DNA of 64,000 nucleotides from Azonexus sp. (GTDB taxonomy: Bacteria > Pseudomonadota > Gammaproteobacteria > Burkholderiales > Rhodocyclaceae): assembly GCA_017983755.1 (NCBI GenBank), contig JAGOAU010000008.1:19772-83771 (forward strand), written 5' to 3'. The stretch's first letter is position 1, and every line of letters begins with the position of its first letter. The translations under genes and the position numbers were made by a program. This document shows positions 48,885 to 58,841 of the stretch, piece by piece. The notes under the pieces are model-generated. The model saw only the letters and a list, made by a program, of their open reading frames with translations. It was not told the origin of the DNA and did no database searches.

Positions 48885-49829
48885 ATGGAACAGAAGCACG
48901 CCAAATACGAACGCCTGCTCGCCCGCTGCCGGGAACTCGCCCCGGCACCGACGGCCGTCGCCCACCCCTGCGACGAAAGCTCGTTGCGCGGCGCCCTTGA
49001 GGCGGCGGAAAAAGGCATCATCCAGCCGATCCTGGTCGGCCCGCGCGGCAAGATCGAAGCGGTGGCCCGCGAATTCGGCCTCGACACTTCGCCTTACGAA
49101 ATCGTCGATGCCGAGCACAGCCACGCCGCCGCCGAGCGGGCCGTGCAACTGGTGCATGAAGGGCGCGCCGAACTGCTGATGAAGGGCAGCCTGCATACCG
49201 ACGAACTGATGGCCGCCATCGTCAAGAGCGGCACCGGTCTGCGCACCAACCGGCGCATCAGCCACTGCTTCATCATGGACGTGCCGAGCCTGGACCGTGC
49301 CATCTTCGTCACCGATGCGGCGATCAACATCTTCCCGACCATGGAAGACAAGATGCACATCATCCAGAACGCCATCGACCTCGCGCATTCGCTGGGCAAC
49401 GAAAAGCCGAAGGTCGCCATCCTCTCGGCCATGGAGACGATCAATCCGAAGCTGCAATCGACCATCGAGGCCGGCGCCCTGTGCAAGATGGCGGATCGCG
49501 GCCAGATCACCGGCGGCGTCCTCGACGGCCCGCTGGCACTCGACAACGCCATCGACCTGGACGCCGCCAGGATCAAGAAGATCGAATCCCCGGTAGCCGG
49601 CAAGGCGGACATCCTGGTCGTTCCCGATCTTGAAGCTGGCAACATGCTGGCCAAGAGCCTCAGCTTCATGGCCGACGCCGACGCCGCCGGCATCGTCCTC
49701 GGCGCTCGCGTGCCGGTCATCCTGACCAGCCGCGCCGATTCGGTGCTGACGCGCCTCGCTTCCTGCGCGGTCGCGGCACTGGTTGCCGCCGACCGCCGCA
49801 AGCAGGCTGCCAAGGCCGTCGCCAGCTGA
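48885..49829 (+). CDS. Phosphate acetyl/butyryltransferase
   Basis: LMKGSLHTD, TDAAINIFP, DGPLALDNA, PDLEAGN, LTSRAD. Confidence 0.9.
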   Translation: MEQKHAKYERLLARCRELAPAPTAVAHPCDESSLRGALEAAEKGIIQPILVGPRGKIEAVAREFGLDTSPYEIVDAEHSHAAAERAVQLVHEGRAELLMKGSLHTDELMAAIVKSGTGLRTNRRISHCFIMDVPSLDRAIFVTDAAINIFPTMEDKMHIIQNAIDLAHSLGNEKPKVAILSAMETINPKLQSTIEAGALCKMADRGQITGGVLDGPLALDNAIDLDAARIKKIESPVAGKADILVVPDLEAGNMLAKSLSFMADADAAGIVLGARVPVILTSRADSVLTRLASCAVAALVAADRRKQAAKAVAS

Positions 49830-49848
49830 ATGGCGAAAAAGCAGAAAC

Positions 49849-49875
49849 AAGGGCCGCGCTGAGCGGCCCCTTTTT
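49849..49875. terminator. Intrinsic terminator
   Basis: GGGCCGC-GCTGA-GCGGCCC followed by a T tract, between convergent genes. Confidence 0.65.
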
Positions 49876-49884
49876 ACCAGCCGG

Positions 49885-50427
49885 TCAGCGCAGGTACTCC
49901 CGGCTGATCTCCCGGAAAATATCCGAACCGGCCTTGTGCAGCCACTCGAAGGCCACCATCTCGCGCGAGACGATACGGCAGCCCTCCTGACGCAGGCGCT
50001 CGAGCGCCAATTCGCGGTCTTCCGGCCGCCGCGAACCGACAGCCTCGGCGACGACGAAAACCTCCTTGCCCAATTCCAGCAGACCGAGCGCCGTCTGCAG
50101 GACACAGACGTGCGCCTCGGTTCCGGTCAACACGACCTGGCGGCGAGAAAAGCCGGAAAGCGCTTCTAGGCAACCATCGGCAACCGCCGAGAAATGGATC
50201 TTCTCGACCACATCCTCGGCCGGGATGCGCGCCGTCAGCGCCGGCACCATCGGCCCCAGACCGGCGGGATACTGGACGGTCGCCGCCACTGGCACCGCCA
50301 GTCGCTGCGCAACCGCGACCAGCCAGAGGTTGTGGCGCAACACCGCATCAATGTCACGGATGGCCGGGGCCAGGCGTTCCTGCAGGTCGATCAGCAATAG
50401 CAGCGAGTGGTCGGCCCTAATCAGCAT
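49885..50427 (-). CDS. Isochorismatase-family hydrolase (YcaC/ISOC-like)
   Basis: LIDLQERL, QYPAGLG, EKIHFS, GTEAHVCVLQT; start at MLIRAD. Confidence 0.88.
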   Translation of the reverse strand: MLIRADHSLLLLIDLQERLAPAIRDIDAVLRHNLWLVAVAQRLAVPVAATVQYPAGLGPMVPALTARIPAEDVVEKIHFSAVADGCLEALSGFSRRQVVLTGTEAHVCVLQTALGLLELGKEVFVVAEAVGSRRPEDRELALERLRQEGCRIVSREMVAFEWLHKAGSDIFREISREYLR

Positions 50428-50477
50428 GCCGGCCTCCTGTCCGCTGCAGGATGAACTGTCCGCATCATCAGGCGCCC

Positions 50478-51065
50478 CTAGTTCGCCAGCGCCGCCTCGA
50501 TCTCGCCGAAGGTTCGCGCGAAATCGAAGGTCTGAACCGGTACGCCGAGCAAGCGGCCGATCTGCGTTGCCGAAAAGACGCCGCGCACCCGCGGCGAACC
50601 CGTCCCCGGATCGACATCCTCGACCAGGATGTGCTGCCGCCCCAGGCTGCGGAGCGCATCGAGAATGTCGACGACGCGGGCATTGACGACGTCCTTGAGG
50701 GTGATGGTATCGATATCGCTGACCGGGCACATCAGGTCTGCCACGGTTACTTCATGGTGCTTGGCCCCCCGCGCCTGGCTGACCTGCATCAGCTTTTCAC
50801 CCAGCGTATCGCGGGCAGTGACCAGGCCCTGCAGTTCCCCTTCGCCATCGAGTACCAGAAGCAGCCGCACGCCGCGGGCGATCATGGTCGAGTTGGCTGC
50901 AGCGACGGACGCGCCGGCACCGATCGTCGCCACGGTGACCCGCGCGAAGTCGGTCATCGCCTCGATCGCCGGCGACTCCAGGCCGATCAGGTTATAGCTT
51001 CCGGAAACACACAGCACTGCCTTCGGTGAAATCTTGCGCGTACGCACTTTTGCCGCAATCGTCAT
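50478..51065 (-). CDS. CBS-domain protein
   Basis: SPAIEAMTDF, GVRLLLV, GLVTARD, VADLM, RQHILV, RGVFSATQI. Confidence 0.85.
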   Translation of the reverse strand: MTIAAKVRTRKISPKAVLCVSGSYNLIGLESPAIEAMTDFARVTVATIGAGASVAAANSTMIARGVRLLLVLDGEGELQGLVTARDTLGEKLMQVSQARGAKHHEVTVADLMCPVSDIDTITLKDVVNARVVDILDALRSLGRQHILVEDVDPGTGSPRVRGVFSATQIGRLLGVPVQTFDFARTFGEIEAALAN

Positions 51066-51221
51066 GACTCTCTCCTCCATGCGATGGTTGTTCAACGGGA
51101 ACGACGACAGATGACAGGGAGACCTTGAATTCTTGACCACGTTCCCTTGTGGCAATCAGTATTGGACGGCAGCCGCCCGATTGCAATAACCCCGCGGGTA
51201 AACCCCAATGCGGCACAAAAC

Positions 51222-51250
51222 AAAGGCCATCCGCAACCGGATGGCCTTTT
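51222..51250. terminator. Intrinsic terminator
   Basis: AAAGGCCATCCG-CAAC-CGGATGGCCTTT, 12-bp perfect stem. Confidence 0.8.
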
Positions 51251-51372
51251 GGGCATTTGTGTCAGGCGGCCCGACGAACCGCGCCTTCAGCCTCTCGCGC
51301 TGCAATTCCCGGCAATTCTAAAAACCGGAAACTTGGCCCGCCTCCAGAACACTGCCGCCCTGCCTGCAACCG

Positions 51373-51603
51373 CTAGGTGTCACTTTCCCTAGCCCGCCGC
51401 TCGATGGCGGCGAAATACCTTTCCCATTCGGAATCCGCCATTGCGGCTTCCGTCGGATCAGGCAACCTGCGCTCCGGGCGCCAGCGCCGCTCGAAGAAGT
51501 TGCTCGTGATCATTGGGTCGCATACGCGACGATCGGTCCCGGCTCTGCGCTCGGCCCCAGCTCTGCGATCAAGAGTTGCACCCATGACTATCCCCTGTTC
51601 CAT
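51373..51603 (-). CDS. Small hypothetical protein with [DE]RR repeats
   Basis: DRRAGAERRAGTDRR...ERRWRPERRLP...SEWERYF; terminator downstream. Confidence 0.65.
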   Translation of the reverse strand: MEQGIVMGATLDRRAGAERRAGTDRRVCDPMITSNFFERRWRPERRLPDPTEAAMADSEWERYFAAIERRARESDT

Positions 51604-51752
51604 GTAAGCGACACGTCAACTGTTTATAGATTGCGGATACAGAGATTTCAATGCCGACATCTTCGGCGGATGCTCGCATCGGGGAAGCGCCCGCGAATTT
51701 GGTATCAGTCGCGAAAACATCTATGCTTACCCGAAACCTTTTGAGAACGAAC

Positions 51753-52118
51753 ATGTTGCACACTGAGCATGAGCGCGGCAGAGCCGCCAAGCTGGCGGGA
51801 CACCCCTATGACTCCGTGCGGACGCTGGAATGGCGGGCGGGTTGGCTGGAAACCAATCCCGAACAAAACAATGCCCCGGGGGTTCCGTCAAACTGGGCGC
51901 ATCAGGTTGAAATCTATCGCCGGGTTGCCTTTGCCAGCACGCATGTCCATGGACCAGCCCAGGAAACCCACGAGGAACAACTTATTCGCCTGCTCACCAG
52001 CGCCTATCGTCAAGCACAGCAGAAAGTCGAAGAAGCACCGAACTCCGAGTTCCTGAGTGGTGAAGAGGCTGGCATCAAGTTTGCGCTCGACCTCGTCAAG
52101 ACGATTCTGAAGCCCTGA
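51753..52118 (+). CDS. Hypothetical protein with Rmf-like N-terminal motif
   Basis: HERGRAAKLAG-HPY-x6-EWRAGW; start uncertain (the ORF is open from 51651). Confidence 0.55.
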   Translation: MLHTEHERGRAAKLAGHPYDSVRTLEWRAGWLETNPEQNNAPGVPSNWAHQVEIYRRVAFASTHVHGPAQETHEEQLIRLLTSAYRQAQQKVEEAPNSEFLSGEEAGIKFALDLVKTILKP

Positions 52119-52157
52119 CGCCCCCCCCGGCGCCCCATCAGTGCTGGCGCGATGGAG

Positions 52158-52190
52158 AAAAACAAAGAGGCCAGAGCATTGTCTGGCCTT
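52158..52190 (-). terminator. Terminator downstream of the tRNA
   Basis: AGGCCAGA-6nt-TCTGGCCT; U-rich tail on the minus strand. Confidence 0.7.
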
Positions 52191-52197
52191 GGAATAA

Positions 52198-52273
<76 letters not shown>

Positions 52274-52390
52274 ATGGGTCGGATTATAGCAGTTCCCCCT
52301 CATCTGGAAACCCAAGCTGTGGCGGCGGAACCTTGAAGGAACATTGCACTCTGACTTGCAGGCCAATCGGTTACCCGGAAGGAGAATGTC

Positions 52391-52726
52391 ATGGCCAGTT
52401 GCGATATTGCCAACCGCCATTGCCAGCCCTGCGAAGGTGGCGTGCCACCCTTGAGCGATGCTCAAAGCCGGCAGTTGCTGGCCGAGTTGAAGGGCTGGCA
52501 ACTAATCGGCAGCAAGCTTGAAAAGACGTTTGTCTTCAAGAACCATTACGAAGCCATGGCCTTCGTCAATGCGATCGCCTGGGTATCACATCGCGAAAAC
52601 CACCATCCGGAACTGACGGTTGGCTACAAGGACTGCCGGGTGAGTTACTGGACACACGCCATTGGCGGCCTGTCGGAAAACGACTTCATCAGTGCTGCCA
52701 AATTGGAAAAACTGCTTGTTTTGTAG
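52391..52726 (+). CDS. phhB: Pterin-4-alpha-carbinolamine dehydratase
   Basis: CQPCEGG, ENHHPEL, WTHAIGGLSENDFI. Confidence 0.93.
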   Translation: MASCDIANRHCQPCEGGVPPLSDAQSRQLLAELKGWQLIGSKLEKTFVFKNHYEAMAFVNAIAWVSHRENHHPELTVGYKDCRVSYWTHAIGGLSENDFISAAKLEKLLVL

Positions 52727-52747
52727 GTCGACCGCAACTGGCTGCGC

Positions 52748-53743
52748 CTAGCCCTGCCCCGAGCCGGCCACCGCCCGCCTTAAACGGTCGGCGACAGCCT
52801 CCCAGACCGGCTCCTCGGGCAATGCTTCGACGGCGATCAGGCTGACGCCGGCATGGTCCATGTCGCGCAGGGCGGCGTAAAGGTCGTGCGCATAGCCGAC
52901 CGGGTTGGCCGGCAGCATGCGCCAGAGATGGGGCATGCCGGCCTGCGGGGGCTGGCTGTGACCGATGACGCCGCAACGGTCGCCCTTGTGGCGCTGGGCG
53001 TTGAGAAAATCGAGCAGCCGGTTGCGGGCGACCAGGCGCATCGGCGTCTGCGGCGCGTAGTGCGCAGCCAGCGAGCCCGAGACGCGCGGCGCGCCGGTCG
53101 CGGTTTCAATCGCCGGACAACGGCCGAGGACGGCTTCAAGATGGGCCGGCGAGATATGCCCCGGGCGCAGGACGACCGGCTCGCTGCGCGAACAGTCGAC
53201 GATGGTCGATTCGATACCGACCTTGCACGGTCCACCGTCGAGAATGAGCGAAATCCGGTCGCCGAGTTCTTCCTGCACATGCGCCGCCGTGGTCGGGCTG
53301 ATGCGCCCGAAGCGGTTGGCCGACGGCGCGGCGATGCCGGCATGGTCGCCAGCCACGGCGGCAAAACGGCGCAGCAGTTCGAGTGCGACCGGATGGCCGG
53401 GCACGCGCAGGCCGACGGTATCCTGGCCACCGGTTACGGTCGACGGCACCCAGGCACGCTTTTTCAGGATCAGCGTCAGCGGGCCCGGCCAGAAGGTTTC
53501 CATCAGTTCCCAGGCCACAGCGGGAACCTGCTCTGCCCAATGGTCGACGGCATCGTGACCGGCAAGGTGGACGATCAGCGGATGATCGGCAGGCCGCCCC
53601 TTGGCGGCGAAGATTTTGGCGACGGCGGCCGGGTTGGCGGCATCCGCCCCCAGGCCGTAGACCGTCTCGGTCGGGAAGGCGACCAGTTCGCCAGCGCGCA
53701 GCAATTCGACGGCGCGGGCGTAATCGGCTGCCGACGGGATCAT
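52748..53743 (-). CDS. tsaC: Threonylcarbamoyl-AMP synthase (Sua5 type)
   Basis: PTETVYGLGAD, KGRPADHPLIVH, WPGPLT, APSAN, SUA5 C-domain HYAP. Confidence 0.95.
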   Translation of the reverse strand: MIPSAADYARAVELLRAGELVAFPTETVYGLGADAANPAAVAKIFAAKGRPADHPLIVHLAGHDAVDHWAEQVPAVAWELMETFWPGPLTLILKKRAWVPSTVTGGQDTVGLRVPGHPVALELLRRFAAVAGDHAGIAAPSANRFGRISPTTAAHVQEELGDRISLILDGGPCKVGIESTIVDCSRSEPVVLRPGHISPAHLEAVLGRCPAIETATGAPRVSGSLAAHYAPQTPMRLVARNRLLDFLNAQRHKGDRCGVIGHSQPPQAGMPHLWRMLPANPVGYAHDLYAALRDMDHAGVSLIAVEALPEEPVWEAVADRLRRAVAGSGQG

Positions 53744-54894
53744 TCGTCCCTGATGCCGATGGCGGCGCGGGCGGCCTTCGCCGTTTCCTGCACCTTGGCG
53801 GCGTCATCGCCGATTACAGTGAAATGGCCCATCTTGCGGCCGAGGCGGGCGTGGTGCTTACCGTAGAGATGGAGCTTCAGGTTGGCAATGGCGTGCAATT
53901 TCGCCCAGTCCGGCTCGCGGTAATGTTCGCCGTCGTACCAGAGGTCGCCGAGCAGATTGACCATGACCGCCGCCGAGTGCGCGCGCGCCTCGCCCAACGG
54001 CAGGCCGCACAGGGCGCGCACCTGCTGCTCGAACTGATCGGTGACGCAGGCGTCGATGGTGTAGTGGCCGCTATTGTGCGGGCGCGGCGCCATTTCGTTG
54101 ACGATCAGCCGGCCGCGGCTGACGAAGAACTCGACGCCCATGGTGCCGATGTAGCCGAGCTTTTCGGCGATACGCGCAGCGACGTCCTCGGCATCGCTCC
54201 TGACGCAACCGGAAGTCCGCGCCGGCACGATCGAGACATCGAGGATGCCGTTGGTGTGACGGTTCTCGCCGGTCGGGAAGCATTGCACCCGGCCATGCTC
54301 GTCGCGTGCCAGCACAACCGAAACCTCATAGTCCAAGGTCAGGCGCTGTTCGAGCACGCACGCCTCGCCCTTGAAGCGGCCGAAAGCCAGCAGCGCCTCT
54401 TCGCGGTTGTTGACCGTCGCCTGCCCCTTGCCGTCATAGCCGAAGCGGGCGACCTTGAGGATGGCGGGGAACAGCGAGGCGGCGGCACTCTTGATGTCGT
54501 CTTCGCTGCGGATCGCGGCAAAGGGGCCGTGCGGCAAGCCGTTGTCGCGCAGGAAGGTTTTTTCGACGATGCGGTTCTGGCAGACGGCGACCGCCGCCGC
54601 CGACGGCCGTACCGGGACGAACTTGGCGAGGTAGTCGAGCGTGTCGGCCGGGACGTTCTCGAACTCGGTGGTGATCGCCGCACAACCGTTGGCGAATTCA
54701 TCGAGTGCCGCGTAGTCGTCGTAGGCGACGCAGAAATGGCGCTCGGCGATGCGGCCAGCCGGGGAATTTTTGTCCGGGTCAAGCACCCAGACCTGGTAGC
54801 CCAGTTCGTGGGCAGCCGTCACGAAGAAGCGGCCGAGCTGGCCGCCGCCGAGCATGCCCAGCGTAGCTGGTGGGAGAATCATCGTGCCCGACAT
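53740..54894 (-). CDS. purK: N5-carboxyaminoimidazole ribonucleotide synthase
   Basis: GGGQLGR, EFENVP, GYDGKGQ, NEMAPRPHNSGH, RKMGH. Confidence 0.97.
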   Translation of the reverse strand: MSGTMILPPATLGMLGGGQLGRFFVTAAHELGYQVWVLDPDKNSPAGRIAERHFCVAYDDYAALDEFANGCAAITTEFENVPADTLDYLAKFVPVRPSAAAVAVCQNRIVEKTFLRDNGLPHGPFAAIRSEDDIKSAAASLFPAILKVARFGYDGKGQATVNNREEALLAFGRFKGEACVLEQRLTLDYEVSVVLARDEHGRVQCFPTGENRHTNGILDVSIVPARTSGCVRSDAEDVAARIAEKLGYIGTMGVEFFVSRGRLIVNEMAPRPHNSGHYTIDACVTDQFEQQVRALCGLPLGEARAHSAAVMVNLLGDLWYDGEHYREPDWAKLHAIANLKLHLYGKHHARLGRKMGHFTVIGDDAAKVQETAKAARAAIGIRDE

Positions 54895-55391
54895 CAGACT
54901 TCGGGCAGTTTCATGGCCAGGACCTTCTCGGCCTGGACCCGGCGGAAGGTTTGCAGCTTCGCGCTCAGCTCCGCATCCTCGTTGGCCAGCATGGCGACGG
55001 CGAACAGCGCGGCGTTGGCGGCGCCGGCCTCGCCGATGGCGAAAGTGGCGACCGGGATGCCCTTGGGCATCTGGACGATGGAATGCAGCGAATCGACGCC
55101 GGACAGCGCTTTCGACTGCACCGGCACGCCGAGCACCGGTACCGTCGTCTTGGCGGCCAGCATGCCCGGCAGGTGGGCGGCGCCGCCGGCGCCGGCGATG
55201 ATCGCCTTGAGGCCGCGCGGGCCGGCGGCTTCGGCATATTCGAAGAGGAGGTCCGGCGTGCGGTGGGCGGAGACGACGCGGGCCTCGAAGGCGACGCCGA
55301 AGTCCTTGAGGATGACGGCGGCCGCCTGCATGGTCGGCCAGTCGGAATCGGAACCCATGACGACGCCGACGGAGATTTTCTTGTCGCTCAT
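54894..55391 (-). CDS. purE: N5-CAIR mutase
   Basis: [33 protein letters not shown]. Confidence 0.98.
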   Translation of the reverse strand: MSDKKISVGVVMGSDSDWPTMQAAAVILKDFGVAFEARVVSAHRTPDLLFEYAEAAGPRGLKAIIAGAGGAAHLPGMLAAKTTVPVLGVPVQSKALSGVDSLHSIVQMPKGIPVATFAIGEAGAANAALFAVAMLANEDAELSAKLQTFRRVQAEKVLAMKLPEV

Positions 55392-56246
55392 TTAGATACC
55401 TGCCTTGCGCTCGGCGGCTTCGATGGTGTTGGCCAGCAGCATGGTGATGGTCATCGGCCCGACGCCCCCCGGCACCGGCGTGATCTGGCCAGCGACTTCA
55501 AGACAGCCGGCGAAATCGACGTCGCCGCACAGCTTACCGTCCGGCAGGCGGTTGATGCCGACGTCGATGACCACGGCACCCGGCTTGACCATGTCGGCGG
55601 TGACGAAGCGCGGCTTGCCAACGGCGGCGACCAGGATGTCGGCACGGCGGGTGTGGCCGGCAAGGTCCCTGGTGCGCGAATTGCAGACGGTGACGGTAGC
55701 ACCGGCGTTGATCAGCAGCAGCGCCATCGGTTTGCCGACGATATTGGAACGGCCGATGACGACAGCTTCCTTGCCGCTCAGGTCGACGTTGCACTTCTCG
55801 AACATCTTCATGACGCCGTAAGGGGTGCAGGGGATGAAACGCGGATTGCCCTGGGCCAGCGCGCCGACGTTTTCGGCGTGGAAGCCATCGACGTCCTTGT
55901 CGACGGCAATCGCTTCGAGGACGGCTTCTTCGTCGAAGTGTTTCGGTAACGGCAACTGGACGAGGATGCCGTGGATATTCGGGTCGGCGTTCAGCTCGGC
56001 GATCTTTTTCAGCACCGTGGCCTGGTCGACCGCAGCATCGTAGGTGATCTTTTCGGAATGCATGCCGATGGCCAGGCAGCCATTGACCTTGTTCTTCACG
56101 TAAACCTGGGAGGCCGGGTCTTCGCCGACCAGAATGACCACCAGGCCGGGGCGCTGGCCTTTGGCCGTCAGCGCTTCCACGCGTGCCTTGAAGCTCTGGC
56201 GCAGTTCTTCAGCCAGCGCCTTGCCGTCAATGATTTGTGCCGTCAT
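55392..56246 (-). CDS. folD: Methylenetetrahydrofolate dehydrogenase/cyclohydrolase
   Basis: [34 protein letters not shown]. Confidence 0.97.
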   Translation of the reverse strand: MTAQIIDGKALAEELRQSFKARVEALTAKGQRPGLVVILVGEDPASQVYVKNKVNGCLAIGMHSEKITYDAAVDQATVLKKIAELNADPNIHGILVQLPLPKHFDEEAVLEAIAVDKDVDGFHAENVGALAQGNPRFIPCTPYGVMKMFEKCNVDLSGKEAVVIGRSNIVGKPMALLLINAGATVTVCNSRTRDLAGHTRRADILVAAVGKPRFVTADMVKPGAVVIDVGINRLPDGKLCGDVDFAGCLEVAGQITPVPGGVGPMTITMLLANTIEAAERKAGI

Positions 56247-56266
56247 CGTCGCATCCAACAAAAATG

Positions 56267-56296
56267 AAAAGGGGAAAGGCGGCGGCCTTTCCCTTT
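56267..56296 (-). terminator. Hairpin plus U-tract between iorB and folD
   Basis: GGGAAAGGC-GGCG-GCCTTTCCC, with U-rich tail on the minus strand. Confidence 0.6.
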
Positions 56297-56319
56297 GAAT
56301 TGGCGACTATTTTAACAGA

Positions 56320-56931
56320 TTAAGCGACAGCGGCTTCCGCTTCGCCGACCGCCGCCCGGCCTGCCTCGAAGGCCCGGCGATTCAGCTCGACCAGCTTTTC
56401 GCCCTTGCGCTGGAAACGCTTGAGCACGCAATCGAGCAGCGTCTCGGCCGAAAACGGCAGGTGGTCGGCGATGGCGCCGAGCATCACGGTGTTGCCGAGC
56501 CGGATGTCGCCAAGTTCCAGCGCGATCGACGTGGCGTCGAAGGCAACGACGCGGTTGCCGGTCTTCCTGATTTCGGCGAGCGGGTCTTCCGGGTAGTCGA
56601 AGAGCCCCAGTTCGACGACCGGCGGCACCAGGCGGGCGGTGTTCATCAGCGTGATGCCGCCCGGCTTGAGCATGTGCTGCCAGCGCATCGCCTCGGCCGA
56701 CTCGAAGCCGAGCAGCACGTCGGCGGTGCCCGGCGTGATCTGCGGCGACAACACTTTCCGGCCGAAACGCAGGTGCGAGGAAACCACCCCGCCGCGCTGC
56801 GCCATGCCGGCGACTTCGGTCTTCTTGGCGTCGTGCCCCATGGCGATGGCGGCTTCGGCGAGGATCTCGGTGGCAGTCATGACGCCCTGACCGCCGATGC
56901 CGACAACGAGGATGTTGGTGTTTTCGCTCAT
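56320..56931 (-). CDS. iorB: Indolepyruvate:ferredoxin oxidoreductase beta subunit
   Basis: GIGGQGV, GMAQRGGVVSSHLRFG, NTVMLGA, NRRAFEAG. Confidence 0.92.
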   Translation of the reverse strand: MSENTNILVVGIGGQGVMTATEILAEAAIAMGHDAKKTEVAGMAQRGGVVSSHLRFGRKVLSPQITPGTADVLLGFESAEAMRWQHMLKPGGITLMNTARLVPPVVELGLFDYPEDPLAEIRKTGNRVVAFDATSIALELGDIRLGNTVMLGAIADHLPFSAETLLDCVLKRFQRKGEKLVELNRRAFEAGRAAVGEAEAAVA

Positions 56932-56932
56932 C

Positions 56933-58807
56933 TCAGGCCCCACAGCCTTTGCCGACCAGTTTGATCGGCGACACCGGCGCGTAATGGACGATGGCGTTCG
57001 GCGCACAGGGCTGGACGCACAGGCCGCAACCCGTACACACCGAGCTTTCGATACGCACGAAGGCGAGATCGACCTCGCGCCCGCTTGGCTTCACTTCCTT
57101 GCCGCGCCGCGTGACGTGGATCGCCGGGCAGCCGACGTCGATGCAGTTGCCGCAGCCGGTGCACTTGTCGTCGATGACCTCGAAGGGTTTCAGCTTGTGA
57201 TAGTCCTTGATCAGCACGCAGGGCTGGTCGGTAATGATCACCGACACTTCCGGCACCTTGACCTCCTCGCGGATGGTCTTGAACAGTACCGGCAGTTCGT
57301 ACGGATTGACGACGTGTATGCGCTCCTGCTTGACGCCCAGCGCGGCCACCAGCTTGGCGAAATCGACGCGCGGTGCGTCGTCGCCGTAGATGTCGCGGCC
57401 GTTGCCCGGGTTGTCCTGGCCGCCGGTCATGCCGACCGCCCGGTTGTCGAGCAGCAGCACGGTGACATTGCCCTTGTTGTAAACCATGTCGAGCAGGCCC
57501 TGCATGCCCATGTGCAGGAAGGTCGAGTCGCCGATCACGGCGACAATGCGCTTGTCCTTGTCTGCCTCGCCGCGGCCCTTGTCGAGGCCGAGCGCCATAC
57601 CCATCGAAGCGCCCATCGAGACACAGGTGTCGAGCGCATTCCACGGATGGCCGGCGCCCAGCGTATAGCAGCCGATGTCGCCGGAAATGGTCAGGTTGCG
57701 CACCTGCGACAGCGTGTAATAGACGCCCAGGTGCGGGCAGGCGACGCACATGGTCGGCGGCCGCGGGAAAACCGGCATTGCTGCGGTCGACCGCGTTTCC
57801 GGCACGATTTCGCCAAGCAGGCGGGCAATGGCAGGTTTCAGCACGTTCGGCGACAGCTCGCCCTGCAGAGGCAGGATTTCCTTGCCGATGACCTTGAGGC
57901 CCTGCGCCTTCAGTTCGGTCTCGACCAGCGGCTCGACTTCCTCGACGATGACGACCTGATCGACCAGCGCCGCCAGTTCACGGCATTTCTCGAAGGGCAG
58001 CGGGCATGAGAAGCCGAGCTTGAGGACTGGCGCATTCGGGAAGGATTCCTTGACGTGCATGTAGGCCGGGCCGGAGGCGATGAAGCCGACGCGCGTGTCG
58101 GCACCCGGCTCGATGAAATTGAGCTCGGAGCTTTCGGCCAGCGCGCGCAGTTCGATGTCGCGCTTGAACATCAGCGGAATGCGCTTGCCGGCATTGCCCG
58201 GCACCATGACGAAGCGCCCCGGCTCCTTCTTGAAGCCAGCGCCGGTGTGCGGTACGCGCTCGCCGACTTCGACCAGCGACTTGACGTGGTTGATGCGCGT
58301 CGTCATGCGCAGGATGACCGGCACCTGAAACTTTTCCGACAGCTCATAGCCGTATAGCGTCATCGCATAGGCCTCCTGCGAATCGGCCGGTTCCAGTACC
58401 GGCACGTGGGCGAAGCGGCCCCAGTAGCGCGAGTCCTGTTCGTTCTGCGACGAGGAGAGGCCGACGTCGTCGGCGATGGCGATGACCAGGCCGCCGATGA
58501 CGCCGGTCAGCGTCAGTGTCATCAGCGCATCGGAGGCGACGTTCATGCCGACATGCTTCATGCAGCAGAAGGCACGCGACCCGGCATAGGCGGCGCCGAT
58601 CGCCACTTCCAGCGATACTTTCTCATTGACCGACCACTCGGCATAGAGATCCGGGTAGGTCGAGATGACTTCGAGCATTTCGGTAGACGGCGTGCCGGGA
58701 TAGGCGGCCGCAACCTTGACCCCCGCCTCCCAGACGGCGCGGGCGACTGCTTCGTTACCAGACAATAGAACCCGGCTCGCGGCCGGTAAGGGCATGACTG
58801 CCGCCAT
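56933..58807 (-). CDS. iorA: Indolepyruvate:ferredoxin oxidoreductase alpha subunit
   Basis: GNEAVAR, YPGTPSTE, MKHVGMNVA, SQNEQD, CVACPH, GDIGCY, GDSTFLH, two CxxCxxC ferredoxin motifs. Confidence 0.94.
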   Translation of the reverse strand: MAAVMPLPAASRVLLSGNEAVARAVWEAGVKVAAAYPGTPSTEMLEVISTYPDLYAEWSVNEKVSLEVAIGAAYAGSRAFCCMKHVGMNVASDALMTLTLTGVIGGLVIAIADDVGLSSSQNEQDSRYWGRFAHVPVLEPADSQEAYAMTLYGYELSEKFQVPVILRMTTRINHVKSLVEVGERVPHTGAGFKKEPGRFVMVPGNAGKRIPLMFKRDIELRALAESSELNFIEPGADTRVGFIASGPAYMHVKESFPNAPVLKLGFSCPLPFEKCRELAALVDQVVIVEEVEPLVETELKAQGLKVIGKEILPLQGELSPNVLKPAIARLLGEIVPETRSTAAMPVFPRPPTMCVACPHLGVYYTLSQVRNLTISGDIGCYTLGAGHPWNALDTCVSMGASMGMALGLDKGRGEADKDKRIVAVIGDSTFLHMGMQGLLDMVYNKGNVTVLLLDNRAVGMTGGQDNPGNGRDIYGDDAPRVDFAKLVAALGVKQERIHVVNPYELPVLFKTIREEVKVPEVSVIITDQPCVLIKDYHKLKPFEVIDDKCTGCGNCIDVGCPAIHVTRRGKEVKPSGREVDLAFVRIESSVCTGCGLCVQPCAPNAIVHYAPVSPIKLVGKGCGA

Positions 58808-58841
58808 GGCGACTCCTCGATCAGCATTACCAGAATCGACC

